NCBI GenBank assembly: GCA_038087875.1
Contig: CM075992.1
Span: 2,172,001-2,236,000, forward strand
Direction: 5' to 3'
DNA: 64,000 bases
Origin: Malacoraja senta
Taxonomy: Eukaryota
In this document: piece by piece, positions 35,689 to 48,107 of the stretch
Numbering within the stretch: the stretch's first letter is position 1
Layout of the letters: every line of letters starts with the position of its first letter
Notes under the pieces: generated by a model
Databases searched by the model: none
Told to the model about the DNA's origin: nothing
Seen by the model: the letters and a program-made list of their open reading frames with translations, nothing else
Translations under genes and position numbers: made by a program

Positions 35689-38600
35689 CTGTAGGGCAGG
35701 CAGCGTTAAAATAAGTAAGTAAGTAAGTTCTATTTATATAGCACGTTTAAATCAACTCGCGTTGAAACCAAAGTGCTTTACATAAAATAAATAATGAAGT
35801 TTCCGTACATCCATAGAAAAAATAAAAAAAAATTTAAATGACACAACACATTATAGAGTTCAACACAAACGTCTCCCCACAACAGAATCAAACATTTTCC
35901 ACTGTGGGGAAAGGCACCAGAAAGTTAAGTCCTCTTCCTCTGTGACCATCCGAGGTCGGGGCCTATTTGTGGCCGGCCTCCGCAGCCAGTCCCATGTTTT
36001 CAGGCCCTCTTTGCCGGGAAGATGGAACTCCGGCGTCGGGTGAACACTCCTCAGCGGCTTGTAAATGTCTGGAGCGGCCGCTTCCTCCCCGGAGACCACG
36101 GCACCCGAACTCCTCAGGCCGCGCTGGTTGGAGCTCCGACTCTGGTGATCTCGGATCCCAGGCTCCGCGGTGTTCTAAATTCAGCGTATCACAGTCACAG
36201 AGACAGGCCACTCGGCCCATCGACCCTCCCTCTGGCCATTTACACTCATCACATTTTATTTTCCCCACATTTAGTTTAGTTTATTGTCACGTGTACCGAG
36301 GTACGGAGAAATGCTATGTTGCATGCTATCCAGTTAGCGGAAAGACAACATATGATTACAATGAGACTCTTCATTTAGTTTGAAGGCAGGCACAGAGTAC
36401 TGTAGTAACTCAGCGGGATAGGCAGCATCTCTGGAGGTAAGGGATAGGTGATGTTTCGGGTCGAGACCCTTCATCAGACTAAGAGTCAGGGAGTGGGGAC
36501 AATGGAGGTATCTTAGTTTAGTTTATGGTCACCTGTACTGAGGTACAGCAAAAATTAATAGAAGCTGTGTTAATATGTAATTGATAAACAAATTGTGTTT
36601 TGGTTATGATATGTATATGCTTCTAATAAAAATATTTTTTTTAAAGAAAAAAAGTTATTTGTTGTGTGCTGACCATTCAGTGGAAATACTATACATGATT
36701 ACAACTGAGCTGTCCACAGCGTACAGATACCTAATAAAGGGAATAATGTTTAGTGCAAGATAGTCAGAGGGTGTGCAGTGAGGACAAGTCTCGCCATGGG
36801 CTGGCGCACTCACCTGCTGCTCGGTGTGGATTTGCCGGACTGCGGCTGAGGCGTTGATTTACCAGACGCCGACTGCGCTCCTGCGTCCATTTTCAGCCGT
36901 TTGGCCGCGGGGGTTTCGGCGGAGCCGGCCTGCCGTTTCCCTGGGAACGAGCGCAAAGACGGGAGGTAAGTCAGCTTCAATTCCCACGTGTGGAATCATC
37001 CTCTTCACATTCCCATTCCTGTCCTCCAGCAGGGACCTTGGACCCTGGCCCTACCGAGATCGAGGTGCTGGGCAGGGATGGTTTCTCCATCATGCCCAGC
37101 CCACACAGCACCCAGCACCCTCCTCAACCCTGGACCTACACATGCTAGTGCTTCACCATTCATGTTCATGTCAAAGGAACACAATTAGGCCATTCGGCCC
37201 ATCAAGCCTTCGCCCACCATTCAATCATGGCTGATGTCTCTTTCCCTCTCAACCCCATTCTCCTGCTTCTCCCATAAACCTTGACACCCGTACTAATCAA
37301 TCTTCAGTAAGATTACAGCTGATCTTTTACCTCAGTGCCATTATTTCTGTACTATCCCCTTATCTCTTGATGCCTTCAAAATCCAGTTCTTATAGATCCT
37401 TGCCTTGAATATACTAAGCCACCAAACCTCCAGATCCTTCGGGAAAATGATTCTCTACGCCCTGGGCGAAAACATATCTCCTCCTCCTGACCCTTTATAT
37501 TCAGGCAGTGCCCACGTCAATATAGGGAAGCAACATCCTTGCATCTACCCTGTCATGCCCCATGAGAATTCTGTGCTCTTCAATAACATTGCTTTTGATT
37601 CTCCTCAACGTGCAGAGTACCAGTGCGGTTTGCATCATGTCTCGTGACAGAGAAAACCCATCAGTTATCTCACTTGGTCTCTGGCAAGTTTATTGTTACT
37701 CAGATAAGGAGACTAGACCCATATGCAGCATTCTAGGTGCCATCTCACCATCCTGTATAGTCCCAGTAAGACATTCTTATCCTTGTAGTTCAATCCTTTT
37801 GCAATAGAGGCCAACATACTACCTGCTTTTCCTAACTGCTTACTGCAATTGCATGTCAGTTGATGTTTTATTTCCAAATATAAACTTCATTCAGAATAAA
37901 AATCAAAACACAAAACAAGAACAGTGCAAAAGATCTTGCGACATTCTCAGCATCGAAACATTCATTAGTGTCATTCATAGTGTTACGGGGAGAAGGCAGG
38001 AGAATGGGGTTAGGAGGGAGAGATAGATCAGCCATGATTGAATGGCGGAGTAGACCTGATGGCCGAATGGCCTAATTCTGCTCCTATCATTTATGACCTC
38101 ACCTTGTTCCAGCTTGCTGGCGGCTGCTCTGAGTGTATTGGAGGTGCTGATCTGCGGCGTGGGCGTGCCAGGGCGACTATTCCCGTGCGAGCTGTTATTC
38201 GAGCCTCTCCAGTCTTTCTTCGGAGGGGTTTTCTTCTTCTTGAAACAGAAGCAGAAACGGGAGGTTTAACCATGGGTCTGGCTCCAGGGGGAGTGGGTCT
38301 GGATTGTAACTGAGACACTCACCAGCATGAAGAGAGCAGAGGCGGCTTCCGACTCGATGTCACTTTCATCCGACGATTCCGACTCCTCACTGCTGTCTGT
38401 AAGAAGCACAAATGACCAATGGATATCTTTACGGCAGAGATAGATAGATTGTTGATTAGTACAGGTGTCAGGGGTTAGGGGACAAGGCAAGAGATAGATC
38501 AGCCATGATTTTAATGGCGTAGACTTGATGGGCTGAATGGCCTAATTCTGCTCCTATCACATGATTTGAGGCTATAATGTCAGGTTTCAGTGATCCCCGC

Positions 38601-41600
38601 GGCTCAGGGGGTGTGTATGGAGTGGTGGTGCTCTGCGCTGGGGGGTGGTGGTGGGGACAGTTTGTAGCACCGGAGTATTGTAGCCTCAGTAAAAGCACTG
38701 TGACCTGGTCTCCAATGTTGCCGCTTCCGACCAGGGTCTGAACTCACCCACAAGCAGACATACGGTAACCAGAACCATTGAGGACACTTTGCAGGGTTAC
38801 GTTAATAGCGTGCTCAAATTTGCACAGACGAGTTGTTCTCAGTTTAGTTTATTGTCACGTGTACCGAGGTACAGTGAAAAGCTTTTGTTGCGTGCTATCC
38901 AGTCAGCGGAAAGACAATACATGATTACAATCGTGCCATTTACAGTGTACAGATACATGATAAGGGAATAACGTTTAGTGCAGGGTAAAGCCAGTAAAGT
39001 TTGAATAAAGATAGTCCGATAGTTGGTCAGGCCGGCTCACTGAGTATCATAAAATCATGCAGCACGCAACAGGCCTTCGGCCCAACCCATCCATGCTGAC
39101 CAAGATGTCTTATGAGCTATTCCCTGTTTGATTATTTGACCCATGTCCCTCTACACCTTTCCTCTTCATTTACTTTTCCAAATGTCTTTATGATGCCTGT
39201 TGTACCTACTCACTCCGGACGTTTCATATACGTGTGAAAAAGATGCACCTCAGGTTCCTATTGAATCTTCCCCCAACACCTTAACCTGTGCTCTCCAGTA
39301 GTTAACTCCACAATCCTGGAAAAGACACTGTGTATTCATCCTATCTATGATGACTTTATAAGACTCTGTAAGATCATTCCCTTAAGTCTGGAGTAACTCA
39401 GCGGGTTCTTCAGGCTGAAGAAGGGTCTCGACCCGAAACGTCGCCCATTCCTTCTCTCCAGAGATGCTGCCTCACCCGCTGAGTTACTCCAGCATTTTGT
39501 GTCTATCTTTTAAACCAGCATCTGCAGTTCTTTCTTACACATCCCCTTAACTCTCCTGCACGCCAAGGAATAATGTCATACTCAGTCCAAACTCTTCTGA
39601 TAACTTAATTTCACATTATTCAGATTCAATTTATTGAAGTTCAGGAGGACCTCAGCACCCAAATCAGCACTATCCCAATCATTGGAGCCCAAAGCGAGCA
39701 GGTCTAGATGTCTGGACCCTGTGGCAGAAACATCACTGGCACAGCGAGCTTCAGCAGCCGTGATAGTTGTCTGTTCATGAGACCCCCAGAGTCAGAAAGT
39801 TAGCAGATGCCACAGTCAGTGAGAGGGGGCTCAGAAGGGGTTGGACACGCTAGAGGCAGGAAACATGTTCCCGATGTTGGGGAGTCCAGAACCAGGGCCA
39901 CAGTTTAAGAATAAGGAGTAAGCCATTTAGAACGGAGAGGAGGAAACACTTTTTCTCACAGAGAGTGGTGAGTCTGTGGAATTCTCTGCCTCAGAGGGCG
40001 GTGGAGGCCGGTTCTCTGGATACTTTCAAGAGAGAACTAGATAGGGCTCTTAAAAATAGCGGAGTCAGGGATATGGGGAGAAGGCAGGAACGGGGTACTG
40101 ATTGGGGATGATCAGCCATGATCACATTGAATGGCGGTGCTGGCTCGAAGGGCTGAATGGCCTACTCCTGCACCTATTGTCTATTGACTTGGGGCAGTGA
40201 CAGGAGATGGGGCAGAGTGCAGCGCATTGAGAATAATGTCTAACAAATGAAGGATTTGCGGTAACCCAGTGGGGAGCACTACAGAAGACAGCACCATCGT
40301 CACAAAGCCGCCGCACAACACAACTGGAGCAGGGGACGCAAGGAACTGCCGGAACCGCGAGTGGAGGAACTCAGCAGGTCAGGCAGCATCCGCGGAAGGA
40401 ATGGACTGGTCGGGACTCTTCATCAGACTGAGGGACAGGGAGAAACGCAGCAATAAGCAGATTCCAATCCTCACCTTTCTTCTTCTTTTCTTTTCTCTCG
40501 GGGCCCGTGGATTTCTTCTCATCGTCCTCCTCCTCTTTCTCTTCCGCCGGCTTCTCCTCTTCGCTCTCCTCGCTGCTCTCCGAATCTTCGTCAATTCCTG
40601 AAAAGCAGAATTCCCCACGACATCTGGAAAACTCAAACCACCATGGGGTGGGGAGGGGGAGCGGCGTGTGGCGGAGAGGAGGGGGCAGAGCGAGCGGGGG
40701 TGAGGATGGGGGGAAGGGGAGAGTCAAGAATGGGTTGGGCAAGGACACAGGAGAGTGGTGGGAACCTCATTCTTCTTATGTCACCCATTTCCCCGTGTCT
40801 GAGGCAAGTGGAGGTGTCCAGTGACATTTCTGTTGCTGCTGAGTACATAATCACCAGGCACGGTCCAATAAAGGGTGTAGTCTCCTCATGTACCACAGAC
40901 AACACCCATTCTATGGACTAACCCATTATCTTGCCAGAGGCTTCATGCTTTGAACAGATGGCAGATATTTCACCCAGGAACTAAAATCTTTTGTGCTTTG
41001 AAATCCTTCCCAGTATTAAGGGGCTGGTTTAGAGGGCACGGCTAAACCAAGTCTCTCTCGTGGGACAGCGTGGGTTTCCTCGGAGTGCCAGGTTGACTAA
41101 GCTCAGTCACAGCCAGTGCACAATCCCAGTGGATGCAGCTCAGCCACCACATCAGCTGGCTGCCCGCATGGGTATTCCTGGGATCTGGAGCGCCGGACCA
41201 ATGAAGCATGGGACCAACGATGAGCAGCTTCAGCGTCGCATTTACCTTTCGGCCCATCCTCTTCTTTATTGGGCTTCGCCTTTTCTATCTCCATTTCGTT
41301 GTTATCACTGTGAATCAGAGAGGGACGTGTTGTGAGAGCTCGGGTTTCTGTTCATCACTCGACAACTCACCCAGAGTTTTATCAGCATGCAGCAGATTTC
41401 ACTTGGGACCTCTCTAAACTGGGCCTTGAAGGCATCTGACTGCTCACAGTTTGGTGACCATCTCCCTGAATCAGCCCAGGGTCCCAGGCCATTGTCCCCT
41501 GTTGGAATGTACTGATGGGAGCAGGATTGAGATGGGACGCGATGCACGTACAATCCAATTTCTCGCACCAAGCCTCACCTGGATGGGTGCCCAGTCTTTG

Positions 41601-42532
41601 ATCCCCCTAGTTCTGAACCCTGCATGAAAGGGCAGCAGCCTCCCATTGCAAACCCTCGTGCGAAGGGAGGCACAGTAGCACAGTGGGTAGAGCTGTGGCT
41701 TCACAGTACCAGAGACCCAGGTTGGATCCTGACCTTGGGTGCTGCATGTGTGGAGGCTGAACGCACTCCCTGCAACTGTCGGAGTTTCTTACGGGTGCTC
41801 CGGTTTACTCCAACATCCCAAAGAAGTGCGGATTTGTAGGATAATTGGCCCTCTGTAAAACTGCCCGTGGAGTGTAGGGAGTGGATGTAAAAACAGGATA
41901 ACACGGACTAGTATGACTGGATGACTGATAGTCGGCTTGGACTCGGAGGGCCCTTGGGCCTGTTTCCATGGTGCATCTCTAAAACTAAACTAAAGATCAG
42001 TAGCTCCAACTTCCTGGTATCAGCACCTTACCTCACCACCGCAGTTATAACTGTGCCTGGACACCTGCAGGGAGCCCCTCCACACCCCCCTCTGACCGGG
42101 GAAGGGCAAGATGCAGAGCAATCAGGTACCTGGAGCCATCCTACTTGTTCCACTGTCCGCATTCCTTGGTTATCACCTCTTCCCCGGCCAACAATGGACC
42201 ACTGTGGGCTCCACCCTTCCTTGGTCTTGGTCATCAGTCCTGCTTCGCTCTGGCCTTTCCTCACCTCCAGTTCCCTCCCCTATACTTTCAGTCTGAAGAA
42301 GGGTCCCGACCCAAAACGCCACCCATCCTTCATCTCCAGAGATGCCGCCTGACCCCGAGTTAGTCCAGCACGTTTACCTGGAGTCATCGTCGGAGATGTA
42401 ATCCACCTCCTGGCCCTCAAAATCACCGTCATCGCTGTCCTCAAACGCCTCATCATCAGAGCCTTTCTTCTTCTTTTTCTTCTGTGCAGCTTTCCCTTTT
42501 TTCTTGGTCTTCGGGTCTTTTTTAGTATCGCC
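35479..42532 (-). CDS. GTF2F1: General transcription factor IIF subunit 1 (RAP74), last seven coding exons; 5' exons missing at the gap; 1-bp frameshift in the last exon
   Basis: Exons 42532-42378, 41307-41246, 40597-40475, 38396-38323, 38238-38103, 36940-36814 and 35688-35479 have consistent phases; KKKKKGSDDEAFEDSDDGDFEGQEVDY, GNSRPGTP and TEEAVRRYLTRKPMTTKDLLKKFQTKKTGLSSEQTVNVLAQILK. Confidence 0.95.
35708..36180 (-). mobile_element. GC-rich SINE-like element with an L2-type tail in the last GTF2F1 intron
   Basis: Tail nearly identical to the L2 tail at 26005-26057; ends in (ACTT)n. Confidence 0.65.
36814..36940 (-). CDS. GTF2F1: GTF2F1 penultimate exon
   Basis: GKRQAGSAETPAAKRLKMD...SGKSTPQPQSGKSTPSS. 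Confidence 0.92.
38103..38238 (-). CDS. GTF2F1: GTF2F1 internal exon
   Basis: KKKTPPKK...GNSRPGTP...TLRAAASKLEQ. Confidence 0.92.
38323..38396 (-). CDS. GTF2F1: GTF2F1 internal exon
   Basis: DSSEESESSDESDIESEAASALFML. Confidence 0.92.
40475..40597 (-). CDS. GTF2F1: GTF2F1 internal exon
   Basis: GIDEDSESSEESEEEKPAEEKEEEDDEKK. Confidence 0.9.
41246..41307 (-). CDS. GTF2F1: GTF2F1 internal exon
   Basis: DNNEMEIEKAKPNKEEDGPK; phases 2/1 fit both neighbours. Confidence 0.8.
42378..42532 (-). CDS. GTF2F1: GTF2F1 internal exon
   Basis: GDTKK...GSDDEAFEDSDDGDFEGQEVDYISDDDS. Confidence 0.92.
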
Positions 42533-43608
42533 CTGGTGAAGAGAGGGTACACGAATCAGCCGGTACAGTTGCTGCCTTAAAAGCACCAAGACCTGGGTTC
42601 GATCCCCACTACGGGTGCTGTCTGTACGGAGTTTGTACGTTCTCCCCGTGACCTGTGTGGGTTTTCTCCGGGTGCTCCGGTTTCCTCCCACACTCCAAAG
42701 ACACACAATAGACAATAGACAATAGGTGCAGGAGCAGGCCATTTGGCCCTTCGAGCCAGCACCGCCATTCAATGTGATCATGGCTGATCATCCCCAATCA
42801 GTACCCCTCCCATATCCCTGACTCCGCTATTTTTAAGAGCCCTATCTAGCTCTCTCTTGAAAGCATCCAGAGAACCTGCCTCCCTGCCCTTTGAGGCAGA
42901 GAATTCCACAGACTCACCACTCTCTGTGAGAAAAAGTGTTTCCTCGTCTCCGTTCTAAATGGCTTACTCCTTACTCTTAAACTGTGGCCCCTGGTTCTGG
43001 ACTCCCCCAACATCGGGAACATGTTTCCTGCCTGTATAGATTTATAGGTTAACAATTGGTTTGGTTAATTGTAAATTGACCCTAGTGTGTGTCAGACAGT
43101 GTATGTGTGTTGGGATTCGCTGGTCGGTGTGGACCCGGTGGACTGAAGGGGCCCCGTTTCCGCGCTGTATCTCTAAACTAAAGCCCAGACAGAGAGTGCC
43201 CCAATCCAAAACCTGCCCATGGGGGTGGGGCTGAGAACCTCAGTGACATTCAATTCAGCAGACATGACTGGGACGTTGTCCACTGAGGGAGTGACCCAGT
43301 CCGTGACCCAAAGCTGCAGAACTGGGGAGTGTAGGTCGAGGCCAGCCGTGACAGGCCGCCATCATTTTGTACAAGGAAGAGGTAGAATTATTGGCATTGT
43401 CAGTTTTGGCATTTAAGAGACATTTGGACAACTATACGGATGAAAAGTAGACACAAAATGCTGGAGTAACTCAGCGAGTCAGGCAGCATCTCTGAGAGAG
43501 AAGGAATTGGTGATATTTCGGGTTGAGACCCTTCTTCAGACTGAGAGTCAGGGAAGACAGGGAAACCAGGTTTGAAAAGGTCCAGCATTTACTGTCTATC
43601 TGCAGGTG

Positions 43609-43808
43609 NNNNNNNNNNNNNNNNNNNNNNNNNNNNNNNNNNNNNNNNNNNNNNNNNNNNNNNNNNNNNNNNNNNNNNNNNNNNNNNNNNNNNNNNNNNN
43701 NNNNNNNNNNNNNNNNNNNNNNNNNNNNNNNNNNNNNNNNNNNNNNNNNNNNNNNNNNNNNNNNNNNNNNNNNNNNNNNNNNNNNNNNNNNNNNNNNNNN
43801 NNNNNNNN
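43609..43808. other. Assembly gap (200 N)
   Basis: Run of N. Confidence 1.
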
Positions 43809-44810
43809 GGGTTATGGGGGGGGGGTTATGAGGGGGGTGGGTTTATGGGGGGATGGGTTTATGGGGGACGGGTTTATGGGGGGGTGGGTTTATGGGGGAG
43901 ATGGGTTTATGGGGGGATGGGTTTATGAGGGGGGGTTATGGGGGAGGTGGGTTTATGAGGGGATGGGTTTATGGGGGGGGTTATGGGTTTATGGGGGTGG
44001 GTTTATGAGGGGGTGGGTTTATGGGGGATGGGTTTATGGGGGGATGGGTTTATGGGGGGGGGGGTTATGGGGGGATGGGTTTATGGGGGGAGGTGGGTTT
44101 ATGGGGGTGTGGGGAAGGGTTTAATGGGGGGATGGGTATATGGGGGTGGGTTTATGAGGGGGTGGGTTTATGGGGGATGGGTTTATGGGGGGATGGGTTT
44201 ATGGGGGGTGGGTTTATGGGGATGGGTTTATGGGGGGGGTTTATGGGGGGATGGGTTTATGGTTTATAGGGGGGTGGGTTTATGGGGGGGGGGGTTTATA
44301 GGGGAGGTGGGTTTATGGGGGGATGGGTTTATGAGGGGGGGTTATGGGGGAGGTGGGTTTATGAGGGGATGGGCTTAGGGGGGGGGTTATGGGGATGGGT
44401 TTATGGGGGGGGGGTTATGGGGGGATGGGTTTATGGGTGATGGGGGATGGGTTTATGGGGATGGGTTTATGGGGGGGGTTATGGGGATGGGTTTATGGGG
44501 GATGGGTTTATGGTGATGGGGGATGGGTTTATGGGGATGGGTTTATGGGGGGGGGGGTTATGGGGATGGGTTTATGGGGGGGGTTATGGGTTTATGGGGG
44601 ATGGGGGATGGGGATGGGTTTATGGGGGGCGGTTTATGGGGGGGGGGTTATGGGGATGGGTTTATGGGGGGGGGTTATGGGGATGGGTTTATGGGGGATG
44701 GGGGATGGGGATGGGTTTATGGGGGATGGGGGTGGGTTTATGGGGGGCGGTTTATGGGGGATGGGTTTATGGGGGGGGGGGTTATGAGGGGATGGGTTTA
44801 TGGTTTATGT
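43809..44810. repeat. G-rich degenerate minisatellite (about GGGGATGGGTTTAT)n
   Basis: Read directly; about 1 kb, abuts the gap. Confidence 0.95.
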
Positions 44811-44811
44811 G

Positions 44812-45200
44812 GCGGATGGGCGCGGGGACACGATGGCAACGAGCGCTACCTGAGGGTCTCAGCGAGAGAGAGAGAGAGAGCGGCGTCGACGCACCCTGGA
44901 TTTACAGGAACTTCCAGTCTTTCTTTCATACAAAACTGCCCCCCCCCCCCCCCCTCGTGGGAAATAAACACTGGACAAATCGATCCGCGATAGGTTGGCG
45001 AGGATGTGAAGACGCCGCTCGGTAAAAGACCATAAAGGGAAGGCCGAGAGCCCCTTGTTAGAGCAGCTTACCGGAACCGGAACCCGGTCCGTCGCTCAAC
45101 CCGGTCCGTCACTGAACCCGGTCCGTCAGTCAACCCGGTCCCGACCACAGATTCTACAGCTCCTCCAGTATCTTCGGTCCCGACCCGGACAGACACAAAG
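44812..45200 (-). promoter_or_regulatory. CpG-rich promoter and candidate non-coding first exon, probably GTF2F1
   Basis: CpG-rich; minus-strand donor CTCAG|GTAGCG at about 44850; CCGGAA ETS-like motifs 45071-45082. Assignment across the gap is inferred. Confidence 0.5.
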
Positions 45201-47588
45201 TGCTGGAGTAACTCAGCGGGACAGGCAGCAGCATCTCTGGAGAGAAGGAATGACTGACGTTTCGGGTCGAGACCCTTCTTCAGTTCTTTCTTAAATACAG
45301 ACGACGATGTAGAGAATGAAAGAATTTGCTCCCCCTCTCTACAGAGGAGGAATGGGTCTGAGGTCTCAGTCTGATGAAGGGTCTCGACCCATCCCTTCTC
45401 TCCAGAGATGCTGCCTGACCTGCTGAGTTACTCCAGCGTTTTGTGTCTGTCTTCGGTGTAAACCAGCATCTGCAGTTCCTTCCGACCCACCCCGTCCAAA
45501 CCTGGTCCCACACAAACTTCCATGCCTGAGGGAGGTGTGGAAAACTGTTCAAGAGGCGCCACATATGTCATTGATCCGACTGATCGCTGAGCAGGCATGG
45601 CCAAGCTGGAAAGAGTGAAGAAAGGATTGACAAGGATGTTACCAGGACTGGAGGTCTCCAGTGATATGTAGAGCCTCAAACAGCTTTTCCTGGAGTGTGG
45701 AAAGTCGAGGGAAGGCGTTAGATGTATATAAAATCATGAGTGGAATACGTAAGGTGGATGGTCCCATCCTTGTTTCTCCCAGGCAAGGGAGTCTGCAGTT
45801 CCTACAAATCTCTGAAGTTATATGGATAGTCGACATTTTGGGTCGGAACCCTTCTTCAGCCTGTTTCCGTGCTGTTCAATGCTTCCAACACTAGTTCAGT
45901 CCCAGTGGCTCAACACGACAACCTGTGCTCTGTAGGGTGTTCCTAGGGAAACATGCAGCAATTGCTACCAAAAGAACGTAAGAGAAATGGGCCTCATGGC
46001 CTAACCAGTCCTTCCAGTTTCCAGCTGAAGAACCTGCCAGCTGAGTATAGTTGACACACTCGCCATGCTTCAGGATGCATTCAAGAGAAATGTAAACCAT
46101 GCAAAAGGCCCTTTAGGAGGAGACTACTGTGTAATATCTACTTCTGTTTTTATTGGAATATTTTAGTAAAATAAATAATTTAATATTGTAAAGAAGTTCC
46201 CATTCAGGAAGTCATATTATTTCATAAGGTTGTGTGATAGGAGCACAATTAGGCCATTCGGCCCTTCAAGTCTACTCTGCCATTCAATCATGGCTGATCT
46301 ATCTCCTTCCTAACCCCATTCTTTTACCTTCTCCTCATAACCCCTGACACCCGTGCTAATCAAGAATCTATCCATCTCTGCCTTAAAAATATCCATTGAC
46401 TTGGCCTCCACAATCTTCTGTGGCAAAGAATTCCTCAGATTCACCGCCTTTCTTTCAAATGCATGTTTGGTCATCACTCTAAAATTATTCTGAACTACAG
46501 TCTTCCTCGTAATCAGATTAGAACAGTTTGGGAAATATCCCACAGCTCCCTTTATATCTGACCCGTTTGATGTTTGACAAGAAACAGATAGGAATCAAAG
46601 GGGTTACCACAACCAAGAGTATGACTAATCGGAAGCTGGGCCTCTGTTCTCCATTCTAAAAATAGGCTGATCTATCAGAAGTCTTTTAACATTTGAAAAA
46701 AAAGTTCACTGGCATGAACTTGGTCCCTGATATATATCCACTTGTGAATGAGACCTAACTTGGTAAATAGTAACAACTAATGAAATAAAGATTCATGGAG
46801 AAACACCTTAACTCAGAATATGAATGATATCAACATCATTAAACACAGTTTTACAGGGAATAATTGAGCCAAGTAACACAGATGTGGAACCTGGCTCAGC
46901 ACAAAAGAGGGTTCACAAGTTATAGGAGTAGAATTAGGTCATCTGGTCCATCGAGTTCAATTATGGCTGATCTCTGCCTCCTAATCCCATTTTCCTGCCT
47001 TCATCCCATATCCGTTGACATGGGGTTCTAATCAAGAATTTGTCTATCTCTGCCTTAAATAGTTTACAGTAATAGTTTTGAAGGGAGCTCAATGAAGCAA
47101 AGCCTACAGCATGAGTGCGGCACGGTGGTGCAGAGATGGAGTTGCTGCCTTACAGCGCCAGAGACCCGGGTTCGATCCTGACTACAGTTGCTTGTCTGTG
47201 GGGATTTTGCACATTCTCCCCGTATCCTGCATGGGTTTTCTTCAGGATCTCCGGATTCCTCCCCACTCCAAAGACTTACAGGTTTGTAGGTTAATTGGCT
47301 TGGTATAATTATAAATTGTCCTTAGTGTGTGTAGGATAGTGTTAGCGTATTGGGATCACTGGTCGGCGCGGACTCGGTGGGCCGAAGGGCCTCCCAATGG
47401 AATCCATAACTAAACTAATAAACCAAAGCAGACAGCAGTTGGCCTGTTGGCGTTTTAAGTTGTGTGGTTTTGTGAACTGGTTAGTCCCATGTTCCAAGCC
47501 TGTTCCTAACTTCATCATGAGGGCAACTCCAAGAACAAAATTCTGGCTAGTGACAAATGTCACAGATTAGTTTCAGCGCACTTATTAA

Positions 47589-47594
47589 TTTATT
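47589..47594 (-). terminator. CCDC130 polyadenylation signal
   Basis: Minus-strand AATAAA about 60 nt after the stop. Confidence 0.55.
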
Positions 47595-47652
47595 TCACAG
47601 GAGTACATTACAAGTCGGGAGTATCAAACAATTATTTACAATCATGCATAGC

Positions 47653-48107
47653 TCAGGAACTGTCTGCATCGGAATTGGAATCAGAGTAATCGGCCACAAG
47701 CGAGTTGGCACTGACATCTCGCTCTGCATCTGTCACAGCTTCAGTCCGTGGGGGAGAATCAGCTTCCCCCTTATAGCAGGTGCCTCTCTCTTGACTCAAA
47801 CCGTTTGAAACAAAACTCTCTCGATCCATTCCGCTCTCTGTTTCCATCATGGGCTGTGAATCACTGCTGGACATGTCTGCCCGTTCCTTCTGGCTCACTG
47901 GATGCTCCGCTGATTTCTTTCGGATTATTCCCAGGTCACTCACGGCAATTCCATTTGGGATATTTAAAGATTTGGCTGTAGATATTTTGTTCAGTCCCAG
48001 TTTCTTCAACACATCTGCAGTTTTCTCTCCTGCTGTGACTTGAGGAGCAGCAAACCAGGACCTCGAAGTGATCTCTTTCCGCTTCATTCTCTGCTTGTCT
48101 TCATAGG
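47653..48107 (-). CDS. YJU2B: YJU2B last exon
   Basis: SYEDKQRMKRKEITSRSWF...DLGII...SLVADYSDSNSDADSS stop. Confidence 0.95.

Noticed and set aside
40475..40520. Possible frameshift in a GTF2F1 exon (alternative frame PREKKRRRK)
   Set aside because: The primary frame gives the correct splice phase with the next exon.
43809..45025. Gly/Trp/Met-rich ORFs or a telomere-like array
   Set aside because: Translations of a G-rich repeat; the unit is not TTAGGG.
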